The notes under the pieces were generated by a model. The model saw only the letters and a program-made list of their open reading frames with translations. It did not search any database and was not told where the DNA came from. Positions 1 to 8,639 of a stretch of DNA of 64,000 nt are shown here, piece after piece. Made by a program: the position numbers and the translations under genes. The stretch lies in NCBI GenBank assembly GCA_030055515.1, contig JASFYI010000002.1:63290-127289 (forward strand), given 5' to 3'. This DNA is from Methanolinea sp. (GTDB lineage Archaea; Halobacteriota; Methanomicrobia; Methanomicrobiales; Methanospirillaceae). Positions within the stretch are counted from its first letter, which is position 1. Each line of letters opens with the position of its first letter.

Positions 1-477
1 CCTCTCGATCTCGTTCATGATGATGATCTCCTTCAGCTCGATGATCACGTCCGCGGCCCGCATGATCCTGATCTCCTCCGCGACCGGGTGGAGGTCGCTG
101 TAGAGGATGAAGAGGGCGTTTGCCTTCCGCTCCGAAACGTCCCTCTTCGCCCTCGAGAGGAGGGACAGGGCGGCATCGATCCCGTTCCTCGCGATGATCG
201 TCGAGAGGGAGTCGAGGACCACCCTCTCCCCCTTCATCAGGGCCGGCAGTCCCTCGGGCGGGACGTCCCGCGCATCCGTCATCCCCGGTTCAGGGTCGGC
301 GTCGATCATCAGGTACGTGCCGGGCGTGCCGTCCGCGGACCAGAACTGGCGGGCGAGGAGGTCGATCCCGGTGAGGGGGGAGCCCTGAACCACGATGATG
401 CTCCCCGCGGGGAACCCCCCCTCCATCGCGAGGTCGAGACCCGAGATGCCCGTCGACCGCCTGTTCTCCCTGCCCAC
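1..477 (-). CDS. KaiC/RecA-superfamily ATPase-like protein, 3' end cut by window edge; Walker A degenerate
   Basis: Minus-strand frame open from GTG at 477 (first start after in-frame stop at 499-501) to position 1. Translation VGRENRRSTGISGLDLAMEGGFPAGSIIVVQGSPLTGIDLL... has the KaiC/RadA-like GxxGLD...GG(F/I)P.GS..L..G layout, but GSPLTGID replaces GxxGxGKT. Confidence 0.5.
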   Translation of the reverse strand, partial: MGRENRRSTGISGLDLAMEGGFPAGSIIVVQGSPLTGIDLLARQFWSADGTPGTYLMIDADPEPGMTDARDVPPEGLPALMKGERVVLDSLSTIIARNGIDAALSLLSRAKRDVSERKANALFILYSDLHPVAEEIRIMRAADVIIELKEIIIMNEIER

Positions 478-556
478 GGGAAATAACCTCGGAAGTAACT
501 ATTTCCTGTTCCCTCTCTTATATCCTTCCAGAAATCCGGCGCGCGTGACCCGGACT

Positions 557-2095
557 TCACCCGGGATACTGCTCCCGCAGGATCCGCCTGAGGAGCTTCC
601 ACCCGTGGACCCGGGGGAGCGCCCCGACCCTCACGAACCTGCGCGGGACCTTGTACCCCGCGAGCCTCTCGCGGCAGAATCCCGCGATCTCCTCGTCGCT
701 CGCCTCCGCGCCCTCCCGGAGGACGATCGCTGCCGCGGGAATCTCCCCCCGCCTCTCGTCGGGGATGCCGAAGACCGCGGCGTCCGCGACCGCGGGGTGC
801 TGGAGGATCACGTTCTCCACCTCGGTCGGGTAGATCTTCCACCCCGACATGTTGATCATGTCCTTCTTGCGGTCCGTGATGAAGAGGACTCCCCCCTCGT
901 CCAGGTACCCGACGTCCCCCGTGAGGAACCACCCGTCCGGGAGGAACGCTTCACGGGTCTCCTCCTCCCTCCTCCAGTACCCGAGGGCGACCGAGGGGCC
1001 CCTCACCGCGACCTCGCCCTGCTCCCCCGGGGGGAGCACGACAGAGGGATCCCCGGTGTCCACGATCTTCACCTCCGTGTACCCCACGGGGACCCCGACG
1101 CTCCTGTAGCCCCGCGCGAGTTCCGGCCTCCCGGGGAGGGTCGCGGTGCCCGACCCGACCACGATCGTCTCGGAGAGCCCGTAGCAGTTCGCGATAGGTA
1201 TCCCGTACCGCCTGTCGAACGCCTCCCAGACGGACGGGAGGAGCTGCCCCCCGCCGCTGATCATCACCCGGACGGAAGCGAGCGCCTCCTCTGTTCCGGG
1301 CGGCGCAGAGACGAGCCCGTGGATGACGGGGGGCATCGAGGAGAGGACCGTGATCGCATGTTCTCTCGCGAGCCTGAGGTACCCGGGCTCCGAGAACCGC
1401 TCCATGATCACCCACGTCCCCCCGGCCCGCAGGACAGCGATCCCCCACGAGACGCCGATGTGGCCCATGGGGTAGATCCCGAGGTACCTGTCGCCCGGGA
1501 CGAGCGAGAGGACCTCGCGTTCCGCTTCGAGCGCGGCGAGCCAGTTCCCGTGCGTGAGGACCGCGCCCTTGGGCTTCCCGGTCGTCCCCGAGGTGTACTG
1601 GAGCTGGCAGGGATCGTCATGGCGGCAGGGGACCGGGGCCTCGCCGGGGCCGGGGTCCCTTTCCGCCATCCTCTCGAAGGAGAGGAGCCCTCGTGGAGGC
1701 TTCCCGGTGCACACGACGAGCGGGGGGAACGACGGCCAGTCGGAGAGCCGCCCCGCGATCTCCCACTCGCGCTCGCCGCAGATGAGGGCGCTTGCCCCCG
1801 AGTCCGAGATGACGTGGGCGAGTTCCTGCTCCCGGAGCGCCGCGTTCGCCGGGACGGCGATCCCCCCCGCCCGCCAGACGGCGAGGTAGCTCTCGAGGAA
1901 CTCCGGGCACGAATCCATGTAGATGCAGACCCTGTCACCCTTCCCGACACCCTCCGCGCGGAGCGAGGAGGAGAGCGCGCGCACCCTCGAGGAGAGCTCG
2001 CCGTAGGTGTACCGCGCCCCGCCCGAGGGCCAGACGAGCGCGCACTTCCCGGGATCGCGCGCCCGATTCTCGAGGAAACACGAGATGTTGAACAC
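557..2095 (-). CDS. AMP-forming acyl-CoA synthetase / long-chain fatty-acid-CoA ligase family
   Basis: 512-aa ORF with AMP-binding signature YTSGTTGKPKGAVLTH, later TGDVGYLDEGG and C-terminal GYKVPR typical of the adenylate-forming superfamily. Confidence 0.85.
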   Translation of the reverse strand: MFNISCFLENRARDPGKCALVWPSGGARYTYGELSSRVRALSSSLRAEGVGKGDRVCIYMDSCPEFLESYLAVWRAGGIAVPANAALREQELAHVISDSGASALICGEREWEIAGRLSDWPSFPPLVVCTGKPPRGLLSFERMAERDPGPGEAPVPCRHDDPCQLQYTSGTTGKPKGAVLTHGNWLAALEAEREVLSLVPGDRYLGIYPMGHIGVSWGIAVLRAGGTWVIMERFSEPGYLRLAREHAITVLSSMPPVIHGLVSAPPGTEEALASVRVMISGGGQLLPSVWEAFDRRYGIPIANCYGLSETIVVGSGTATLPGRPELARGYRSVGVPVGYTEVKIVDTGDPSVVLPPGEQGEVAVRGPSVALGYWRREEETREAFLPDGWFLTGDVGYLDEGGVLFITDRKKDMINMSGWKIYPTEVENVILQHPAVADAAVFGIPDERRGEIPAAAIVLREGAEASDEEIAGFCRERLAGYKVPRRFVRVGALPRVHGWKLLRRILREQYPG

Positions 2096-2153
2096 CTGAT
2101 AATCCCTCCCCGCGCGATTGCGGCCCGCGCCCGCGGCCCTCTCCTTTCCCCCC

Positions 2154-4574
2154 TCACTGGTACTCCGGGAGCTGGACCTCCCGCGGGAGTCCTCCCTTGA
2201 AGGACTGGCGGATCCGCTCGTAGTATTCCTTCAGGTGGGGGTTCATGGTGGGGTGGACCTTCGAGAGGCTCGCCTCGAAGTGGCGTTTCCCGACGGCAGA
2301 AACCCCCTCCCTCATCGCGAACACGCCCGCCTCCCTGCAGAGCGCCTCGATGTCGGATCCCACGTACCCCTCGGTGCGGGCTGCGAGCTCGGCGATGAGC
2401 GCGTCTACGGCCGGGTCCACCACGCGGAGCTTCCGGGCAGAGAGCTGCTCCACGAAGTACCGCCTGCACTCCGCCCGGGAGAGAGGCGGTTTCCCGGAGG
2501 GCTTCACCTTCTCGGAGACGTAGATGACCTCTCCCGGCGTCACCTCGCGGTCGCGCCCGAGTTCCTCGCAGACCGCGTCGATCCCCTCCTCTCCGAGGGG
2601 CCGGAGCCGCTCGACGAGGTCCCCCATCGCGGAGCCCTCGATCGGCATCCCCCTCATGTGGATGGCGAGGATCTTCTTCCTGTCCGCGAGGTTCGGTTCC
2701 CCGATGTAGACGAGCCGGTCGAACCTCCCGGGCCGGAGGAGCGCCGGGTCGACGAGGAGGGGCTGGTTCGTCGCCCCGAGGACGACCACGTCCTTCAGCT
2801 CCTGCAGGCCGTCGATCTCCGTCAGGATCTGGTTGAGGACGCTCTCCATGACGTGCGTGCCGACGTCGCTCCCGCGGGTCGGGGCGAGGGCATCCAGCTC
2901 GTCGAAGAAGATGATCGCGGGCGCCACCTGCCGGGCCTTCTTGAATATCTCCCGGACCGCCCTCTCGCTCTCGCCCACCCACTTGGAGAGGAGCTGCGGC
3001 CCTCTGATCGCGATGAAGTTCGCGCCACTCTCGTTCGCGACAGCCTTCGCGATCAGGGTCTTGCCCGTCCCCGGCGGGCCGTAGAGGAGGACGCCGCGGG
3101 GCGGCCGGATCCCGAGTTCCTCGTAGCGCTCTCGCTGCGTGAGGGGGTACTCGACCGCCTCCCGTATCTCCTGCTTCGCCTCGTCGAGGCCCCCGACGTC
3201 CTGCCACGTGACGTGCGAGACCTCGAGCATCACCTCCCTCATGGCACTCGGGCTCACGTCCCGCAGGGCGTCCCTGAAGTCCGCGGCCGTCACCACCATG
3301 GTCTCGAGGACCGACGCGGGAATCTCCTCCTCTTCGAGGTCGATCTCGGGGAGGTACCTCCGGAGGGCACGGATTCCCGCCTCCCTCGCGAGTGCCGCGA
3401 GGTCCGCGCCCACGAACCCGTGGGTCTGCTTGGCGAGCGCTTCAAGGTTCACGTCGGGCGCGAGCGGCATCCCCCGCGTGTGGATTTTCAGGATCTCCAC
3501 CCTGTCAGGCTCCGTGGGGACGCCGATCTCGATCTCCCTGTCGAACCTTCCCGGTCTCCGGAGGGCCGGGTCTATCGCGTCGACCCTGTTCGTGGCGCCG
3601 ATCACGACGACCTGTCCCCTCTCCTCGAGGCCGTCCATCATCGTGAGGAGCTGGGCGACGACCCTCCTCTCCACCTCCCCCGTCACCTCCTCGCGGCGCG
3701 GCGTGATGGAGTCGAGCTCGTCGATGAAAATGATAGAGGGCGCGTTCTGCTCCGCCTCGTCGAAGATCTCGCGGAGCTTCTGCTCGCTCTCGCCGTAGTA
3801 CTTCGAGATGACCTCGGGGCCCGCGATCGAGATGAAGTGGGCCCCGCTCTCGCTCGCGACCGCCTTTGCGATCAGCGTCTTGCCCGTCCCCGGCGGGCCG
3901 TAGAGGAGGACCCCCTTTGGGGGCTCGATGCCGAGCCTCTGGAAGAGCTCGGGGTGCCGCATCGGGAGCTCGATCATCTCGCGCACCCGCTGGAGCTCGT
4001 CCTTCAGTCCCCCGATGTCCTCGTAGGATATCCTCTTTGCCCCCTCGACACCGGGTGCGGGTTTCTCAGAGAATTCGACCTTCGTGTTCTTCGTGATGAT
4101 GACGGCATCCTCGGGTTCGATCTCCACGACCTTGAACGGGATGAACTGGGTCTGGAGGAAAGGAAGCCCGCTCGCGATCGGGACGATGTCGTTCTTCACC
4201 ACGGGGAAGTCGATCAGCGAGTTGAGGACGTGGGGGGTGATATTGATGGGCACGTTCCTCGGGAGGTCCTCGGGGGGTGCGAGGACGACGCGTTTTGCCT
4301 CCACCTCGTCCTGTATCTTGGATATCTTGACCGTGTCCCCTATGCTCACGCCGGCGTTCATCCGCGTGAAGTTGTCGATCCGCACCTTGTTCTGGTTCCA
4401 GTCCTCCACGAGGGACCGCCAGACCTTTGCGACCGTTCTCCTCTTGCCTTCCACCGCGACGATATCCCCGGGAGATATCTTCAAGTAGAGCATCGTCTCG
4501 GGATCGAGCCTCGCCTTCCCGCCGCCCTGGTCCCCGGGATATGCACTGTCGACCTTCAGATGGATTTCAGGCAT
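2154..4574 (-). CDS. cdc48: CDC48/VCP-type AAA+ ATPase (two AAA domains)
   Basis: 806-aa ORF. N-domain (ARLDPETMLYLKISPGDIVAVEG) plus two Walker A copies, LLYGPPGTGKTLIAKAVA(S/N)E, and two IIFIDELD/IIFFDELD Walker B motifs. Confidence 0.95.
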   Translation of the reverse strand: MPEIHLKVDSAYPGDQGGGKARLDPETMLYLKISPGDIVAVEGKRRTVAKVWRSLVEDWNQNKVRIDNFTRMNAGVSIGDTVKISKIQDEVEAKRVVLAPPEDLPRNVPINITPHVLNSLIDFPVVKNDIVPIASGLPFLQTQFIPFKVVEIEPEDAVIITKNTKVEFSEKPAPGVEGAKRISYEDIGGLKDELQRVREMIELPMRHPELFQRLGIEPPKGVLLYGPPGTGKTLIAKAVASESGAHFISIAGPEVISKYYGESEQKLREIFDEAEQNAPSIIFIDELDSITPRREEVTGEVERRVVAQLLTMMDGLEERGQVVVIGATNRVDAIDPALRRPGRFDREIEIGVPTEPDRVEILKIHTRGMPLAPDVNLEALAKQTHGFVGADLAALAREAGIRALRRYLPEIDLEEEEIPASVLETMVVTAADFRDALRDVSPSAMREVMLEVSHVTWQDVGGLDEAKQEIREAVEYPLTQRERYEELGIRPPRGVLLYGPPGTGKTLIAKAVANESGANFIAIRGPQLLSKWVGESERAVREIFKKARQVAPAIIFFDELDALAPTRGSDVGTHVMESVLNQILTEIDGLQELKDVVVLGATNQPLLVDPALLRPGRFDRLVYIGEPNLADRKKILAIHMRGMPIEGSAMGDLVERLRPLGEEGIDAVCEELGRDREVTPGEVIYVSEKVKPSGKPPLSRAECRRYFVEQLSARKLRVVDPAVDALIAELAARTEGYVGSDIEALCREAGVFAMREGVSAVGKRHFEASLSKVHPTMNPHLKEYYERIRQSFKGGLPREVQLPEYQ

Positions 4575-4584
4575 TAATTTAAAG
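4575..4584 (+). promoter_or_regulatory. TATA-like box (TTAATTTAAA) positioned for larC, implying a leaderless or near-leaderless mRNA
   Basis: AT-rich decamer about 30 nt upstream of the larC ATG (4614) inside a 39-bp divergent spacer. The spacing fits an archaeal TATA-to-TSS distance of about 25 nt. Confidence 0.35.
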
Positions 4585-4600
4585 GTGCATTACGCTGGGA

Positions 4601-4608
4601 TTTATAAG
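4601..4608 (-). promoter_or_regulatory. TATA-like box (CTTATAAA on minus strand) positioned for cdc48
   Basis: TTTATAAG on the plus strand lies 27-34 nt upstream of the cdc48 ATG (4574, minus). It is too close (6-13 nt) to the larC ATG to serve larC. Confidence 0.35.
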
Positions 4609-4613
4609 TACGT

Positions 4614-5801
4614 ATGCGTGTTCTCCTCTTCGATCCCATCCGCGGGGCTGCCGGTGACATGGTGTGCGGGGCGCTCCTTGACCTCGGCGCGGACGCGGGG
4701 ACGGTGACGGCAGCCATGCGGTCCGTCGTCGGGGAACCCTCGATCCGCGTCGTGGAGAGGGCGGGTGTGAGGGCACTCTCGGTCGACACGCGGGCGACGG
4801 CGGAGAGCCGCACGCTGGACGAGGTCATCTCCCGCGTCAGGTCCGCCGAGGCCCCGCGGGCGGCGATCGAGATGGCGTGCAGGGTCTTTGCGCGCATCGC
4901 GGCAGCCGAGGAGGAGATCCACGGGAAGACCCCCCACTTCCACGAGGTGGGGGCCGACGACGCGGTCGCGGAGGTCGTCGGCGCGTGCACTGCCCTCGCG
5001 ACCCTCGCGGTCGACGCGGTGGGGACGCTCCCGGTCCCCCTCGGCGGCGGGACGGTCGGGACCCACCACGGGACGTACCCCGTTCCCGCTCCCGCGACCC
5101 TCTCAATCCTCGAGGCCGCGGGGATCCCGGTCATCTACGGCCCGCCGGGCGAGGGGGAACTCTGCACCCCGACCGGCGCCGCCCTCCTCGCCGAGATGGT
5201 CACCCTTCCCGCCGGCTCCGTCCCCCGGGGGAGGGTCGTCTCGTCCGGTTACGGGGCCGGGGACAGGGACACCCCCTCGTGCCCGAACGTCCTGCGTGCC
5301 GTCCTCATCGAGGATCTCCCCGGCCCCCGCGACGACGCGGTCGACATCCTCGAGACGAACGTCGACGACGTGACCGCGGAGGAGATGGGGGCGTGCGCGG
5401 AGGCCCTGATGGCCGGGGGAGCCCGCGACGTCTCCATCGTCCCCTGCACCATGAAGAAGGGGAGGCCCGGCTGGCTCGTGCGCGTGGTCAGCGCGCCGTG
5501 GGACTCGGAGAGGCTCGCCGGGATCCTCGCCCGGGAGACGGGGACCCTCGGGGTGAGGTGCATCCCGAGCGCCCACCGCTTCGTGGCGGGGAGGGAGGAG
5601 AGGTCGGTCTCGATCTCCGTCGGCGGGAGGACGTATGAGATCCCGGTGAAGTGCGCCGTGCGGGAGGGGACCGTCTACTCCTGCAAGGCCGAGTTCGCGC
5701 GTGTCCACGAGGTGTCCCGGGCCACCTCGGTCCCCGTGCGGGAGATCGCCCGGCTCGCGGAAGGGGAGGCGTGGAGGCAGCTAGGCCGGAAGATCCCATG
5801 A
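4614..5801 (+). CDS. larC: LarC-family nickel insertion protein (DUF111; pyridinium-3,5-bisthiocarboxylate mononucleotide nickel chelatase-like)
   Basis: 395-aa ORF starting MRVLLFDPIRGAAGDM, the characteristic LarC N-terminus, with HFHEVGADDA and a C-terminal KKGRPG motif. Confidence 0.9.
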   Translation: MRVLLFDPIRGAAGDMVCGALLDLGADAGTVTAAMRSVVGEPSIRVVERAGVRALSVDTRATAESRTLDEVISRVRSAEAPRAAIEMACRVFARIAAAEEEIHGKTPHFHEVGADDAVAEVVGACTALATLAVDAVGTLPVPLGGGTVGTHHGTYPVPAPATLSILEAAGIPVIYGPPGEGELCTPTGAALLAEMVTLPAGSVPRGRVVSSGYGAGDRDTPSCPNVLRAVLIEDLPGPRDDAVDILETNVDDVTAEEMGACAEALMAGGARDVSIVPCTMKKGRPGWLVRVVSAPWDSERLAGILARETGTLGVRCIPSAHRFVAGREERSVSISVGGRTYEIPVKCAVREGTVYSCKAEFARVHEVSRATSVPVREIARLAEGEAWRQLGRKIP

Positions 5802-6499
5802 GAGAGGCGGCCCGCGGGACAGGATCGGAAGTGCTCGACGCCCTCCTCGGGGGAGGACTCTCCCCCGGCATCCTCACGCAGGTCTACGGGGAGCCCGCGT
5901 CGGGGAAGAGCACGATCTGCGTGATGGCGGCCGTTACGTGCCTCCGCGAGGGGGGCCGGGTCATCTTCCTCGACAGCGAGGGGTTCTCCGCGGAGAGGTT
6001 CCGGCAGATCGCGGGGGACGACGCGGTCGCCCTCGCGGAGAACATCTTCCTCTTCGAGCCCGAGGACTTCTCGCAGCAGGCAGCGATGATCCGGAACTTC
6101 GAGCCGCTCCTCAGGGAGGGCGCGGGCCTCCTCGTCGTCGACTCCCTCACCGGGCTCTACAGGAGCCAGCTCGAGAGGGGGAGGGACGCGATGCAGAGGC
6201 TGACGGGGCAGGCCCTCCTCCTGCTCGGGTACGCCCGGAAGTACGCGGTGCCGGTCCTCGTCTCGAACCAGGTGTACATGGACCCCGAGAGGAACACGTT
6301 CGTAGGGCTCGGGGGGACGGCACTCGAGCACCTCTCCAAGGTGATCGTCCGGCTGGAGAGGAGGGGGCAGTTCCGGCGCGCGACGCTCGTCAAGCACAGG
6401 TCGAGGCCCGCCGGGGCATACTTCGACTTCGAGATCACGCGGCAGGGGATCCGGCCCCTCGGCCCCCTGCAGGAGGCAGGGAGTGGTGAAGGTGTCTAG
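5798..6499 (+). CDS. radB: DNA repair and recombination protein RadB
   Basis: Trimmed to the internal ATG at 5798 (ATGA overlap with the larC stop). MREAARGTGSEVLDALLGGGLSPGILTQVYGEPASGKST (Walker A), about 233 aa, short RecA-core-only archaeal RadB architecture. Confidence 0.9.
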   Translation: MREAARGTGSEVLDALLGGGLSPGILTQVYGEPASGKSTICVMAAVTCLREGGRVIFLDSEGFSAERFRQIAGDDAVALAENIFLFEPEDFSQQAAMIRNFEPLLREGAGLLVVDSLTGLYRSQLERGRDAMQRLTGQALLLLGYARKYAVPVLVSNQVYMDPERNTFVGLGGTALEHLSKVIVRLERRGQFRRATLVKHRSRPAGAYFDFEITRQGIRPLGPLQEAGSGEGV

Positions 6500-7094
6500 G
6501 CGGGACACACGGAGGGATGCAGGCACGGGGGGACCCCACGTTTCCCGGTCCCTTCCCGCGTGGCTGGTCCTCCCCGTCCTCCTCGGCGTGCTGCTCCTCG
6601 CGGGGTGCCTCTCGGTCGCGCCCGGCGCGGGGGAGGCAAAGCCCGTGCCCCTCGGGGAGGGCGAGGAGTGGAAGACATTTCCCCTAAAGGACGTCCGCAC
6701 GGGGGAGGTCATCTCCGTCGACGCGTTCGCCGGCAAGACGGTCGTCATCCACACGTTCACGGTCGCGTGCCCCGTCTGCACCCTGCAGCAGAGGGAGATC
6801 TCCACCGTGAAGGGCGCGCTCGGAGACGGGATCGTGGTGGTCGGGCTCGACATCGACCCGGGTGAGGACCCTGGAGTCCTCGCGGACCACGCCCGGAGGA
6901 ACGGGTTCCACGGCTACTACGCCATCGCGCCGCCCCGCGTCACGCGGTCCCTCGTGGACCGGTTCGGCCCGGCGGTCGTTGCGCCGGCAACCGCCCCCGT
7001 GATCCTCGTCTGTCCCTCCGGCGAGGCGACGATACTCGAGAATGGCATTAAGTCCGCGGCCCGGCTCTCGGACGCGATCAGGACGGTGTGCTGA
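6483..7094 (+). CDS. Thioredoxin-fold (TlpA/redoxin-like) thiol:disulfide oxidoreductase, predicted lipoprotein
   Basis: 203-aa ORF (GTG start). Signal peptide with lipobox LLLAGC; redox motif CPVC in FTVACPVCTLQQ; TlpA/ResA-like layout. The start is uncertain and overlaps the radB end by 17 nt. Confidence 0.75.
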   Translation: MVKVSRRDTRRDAGTGGPHVSRSLPAWLVLPVLLGVLLLAGCLSVAPGAGEAKPVPLGEGEEWKTFPLKDVRTGEVISVDAFAGKTVVIHTFTVACPVCTLQQREISTVKGALGDGIVVVGLDIDPGEDPGVLADHARRNGFHGYYAIAPPRVTRSLVDRFGPAVVAPATAPVILVCPSGEATILENGIKSAARLSDAIRTVC

Positions 7095-7097
7095 CCG

Positions 7098-7775
7098 GTG
7101 GACGCACTCTCCGCGTGGACGATGGCGTTCCTCGCGGGGACCTCTGCCCCGCTCGCCTCCCCCTGCATGCTCCCCCTCTACCCCGGTTTCCTCTCCTACC
7201 TCGCGTCGAAGGGCGGCGGGGGATCCCGCGGGGTCCCGGTCCCCCTCCTCGGGGCCGCGGTCGCGGCGGGCGTCATCGCTTCCCTCCTCTCGTTCGGGGC
7301 CGCCTACACCCTCGTCCTCCGCGTGCCCCTCTCCCGGATCGTCCCCGTCCTCTCGCCTGTCGCCTTCGGCCTCCTCGCCGTCTTCTCCGTCCTCCTCGTC
7401 CTCGATGCCGATCTCTCCCGGTGGACCGGCGGGATCCCCATCCCCCGCGTCGGCCTGCCCGTCCCCGACGCGTTCCTCCTCGGGCTCTTCCTCGGCATCG
7501 TCATCCTCCCCTGCAACGCCGCGGCTGTCGTGGCCCTCCTCGCCATCGGGACGACCCTCGGGGACCTCCTGCTCAACACCGTCTCGTTCCTCTCGTTCGG
7601 GGCAGGGATGTCGCTCCCCCTCCTCGCCTTCGCCGCACTCCCCCCGCCCGTGACCGTCGGGATCGTGGGGTGGCTCGCCCGTCACAGGAGGGCCGTTCGC
7701 GCCGCCGCGGGTGTCCTCATGCTCGGGATAGCGGTGTATTCCCTCCTCGGTCTCGCCGGGGTCCCGGCAGCGTGA
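7098..7775 (+). CDS. ccdA: CcdA/DsbD-family transmembrane thiol:disulfide electron transporter
   Basis: 225-aa polytopic ORF with conserved SPC...LPLYPGFLSY in TM1 and a second Cys in IVILPCNAAA. It starts 3 nt after the redoxin gene. Confidence 0.8.
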   Translation: MDALSAWTMAFLAGTSAPLASPCMLPLYPGFLSYLASKGGGGSRGVPVPLLGAAVAAGVIASLLSFGAAYTLVLRVPLSRIVPVLSPVAFGLLAVFSVLLVLDADLSRWTGGIPIPRVGLPVPDAFLLGLFLGIVILPCNAAAVVALLAIGTTLGDLLLNTVSFLSFGAGMSLPLLAFAALPPPVTVGIVGWLARHRRAVRAAAGVLMLGIAVYSLLGLAGVPAA

Positions 7776-7811
7776 GGGAGAGAGGGGGGAAAAAGTGTCG
7801 CGGGAGCAGGC

Positions 7812-8639
7812 CTAGAACGTGATCTTCCCCGAAAAGACGGTGGTCGCGGGGCCTTCCATCCACGTCTCCCCGCCGAGGAGGATCGTGAGGGGGCCGCCCT
7901 CCGTCTCGACCTCCACGCGGTTCCCTGTCCGCCCGATGTGGTGGGCGACCGCCGCCGCGGCCGTCGCCCCCGTCCCGCACGAGAGCGTCTCGCCCTCCAC
8001 GCCGCGCTCGTACGTCCTCACCCGGAGCGCGTTCTCCCCGGTCTGCGCGACGAAGTTGACGTTCGCCCCGCGGGGGAACGTCTGGTGGTACCGGATGGGC
8101 GGGGCGAGTTTCTGCACGTCGATCCCGTCGAGGTCCTCGACGAATACGACCGCGTGCGGGACACCCGTGTTGACGGCGTACACCGTGAACCCCCCGATCT
8201 CCTCCCGGTACTCGCCCTCCCCCGTCGCGGGGATCCGGGGCCTCTCGAACGAGGGGTCCGGCATCCTGATGTTCGCGTAGAACGTGTCGTCCCTGTACCC
8301 GCATTTCACGGGGATGGTCCCCGCGAGGGTCTCCACCGTGCACTCCTTCCGGATGTACCCCGTGTCGTAGGCGTGCTTCACGAGGCAACGGATGCCGTTC
8401 CCGCACATCTCGGCCTCGCTCCTGTCCGGCTGGAGGATGCGCATCCCGAGGTCGGCCTCCTTTCCCCGGGAGAGGTAGAGGACGCCGTCGCCCCCTATCC
8501 CGAAACGCCTGTGGCAGTAGATCTCGGCGAACTCCGCCTTCATGTCGTCGGGAATCACGATCCCCTCGTACTCGTCGATGAGGATGAAATCGTTCCCGTT
8601 CCCGTGCAGTTTCACGAAGTGGATCTCCAATCTCCTCAC
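7812..8639 (-). CDS. dapF: Diaminopimelate epimerase
   Basis: C-terminal 275 aa of the 509-aa track ORF. FVKLHGNGNDFILID, catalytic MCGNGIRC and SCGTGATA motifs. GTG start at 8639 overlaps the upstream gene's stop (GTGA); a TTG at 8630 is an alternative. Confidence 0.9.
   Translation of the reverse strand: MRRLEIHFVKLHGNGNDFILIDEYEGIVIPDDMKAEFAEIYCHRRFGIGGDGVLYLSRGKEADLGMRILQPDRSEAEMCGNGIRCLVKHAYDTGYIRKECTVETLAGTIPVKCGYRDDTFYANIRMPDPSFERPRIPATGEGEYREEIGGFTVYAVNTGVPHAVVFVEDLDGIDVQKLAPPIRYHQTFPRGANVNFVAQTGENALRVRTYERGVEGETLSCGTGATAAAAVAHHIGRTGNRVEVETEGGPLTILLGGETWMEGPATTVFSGKITF

Noticed and set aside
2118-4577. 819-aa plus-strand ORF opposite cdc48
   Set aside because: It exactly mirrors the cdc48 gene, which has unambiguous double AAA+ motifs. 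Its composition (L/R/D/E/P/G) and lack of motifs indicate a shadow ORF.
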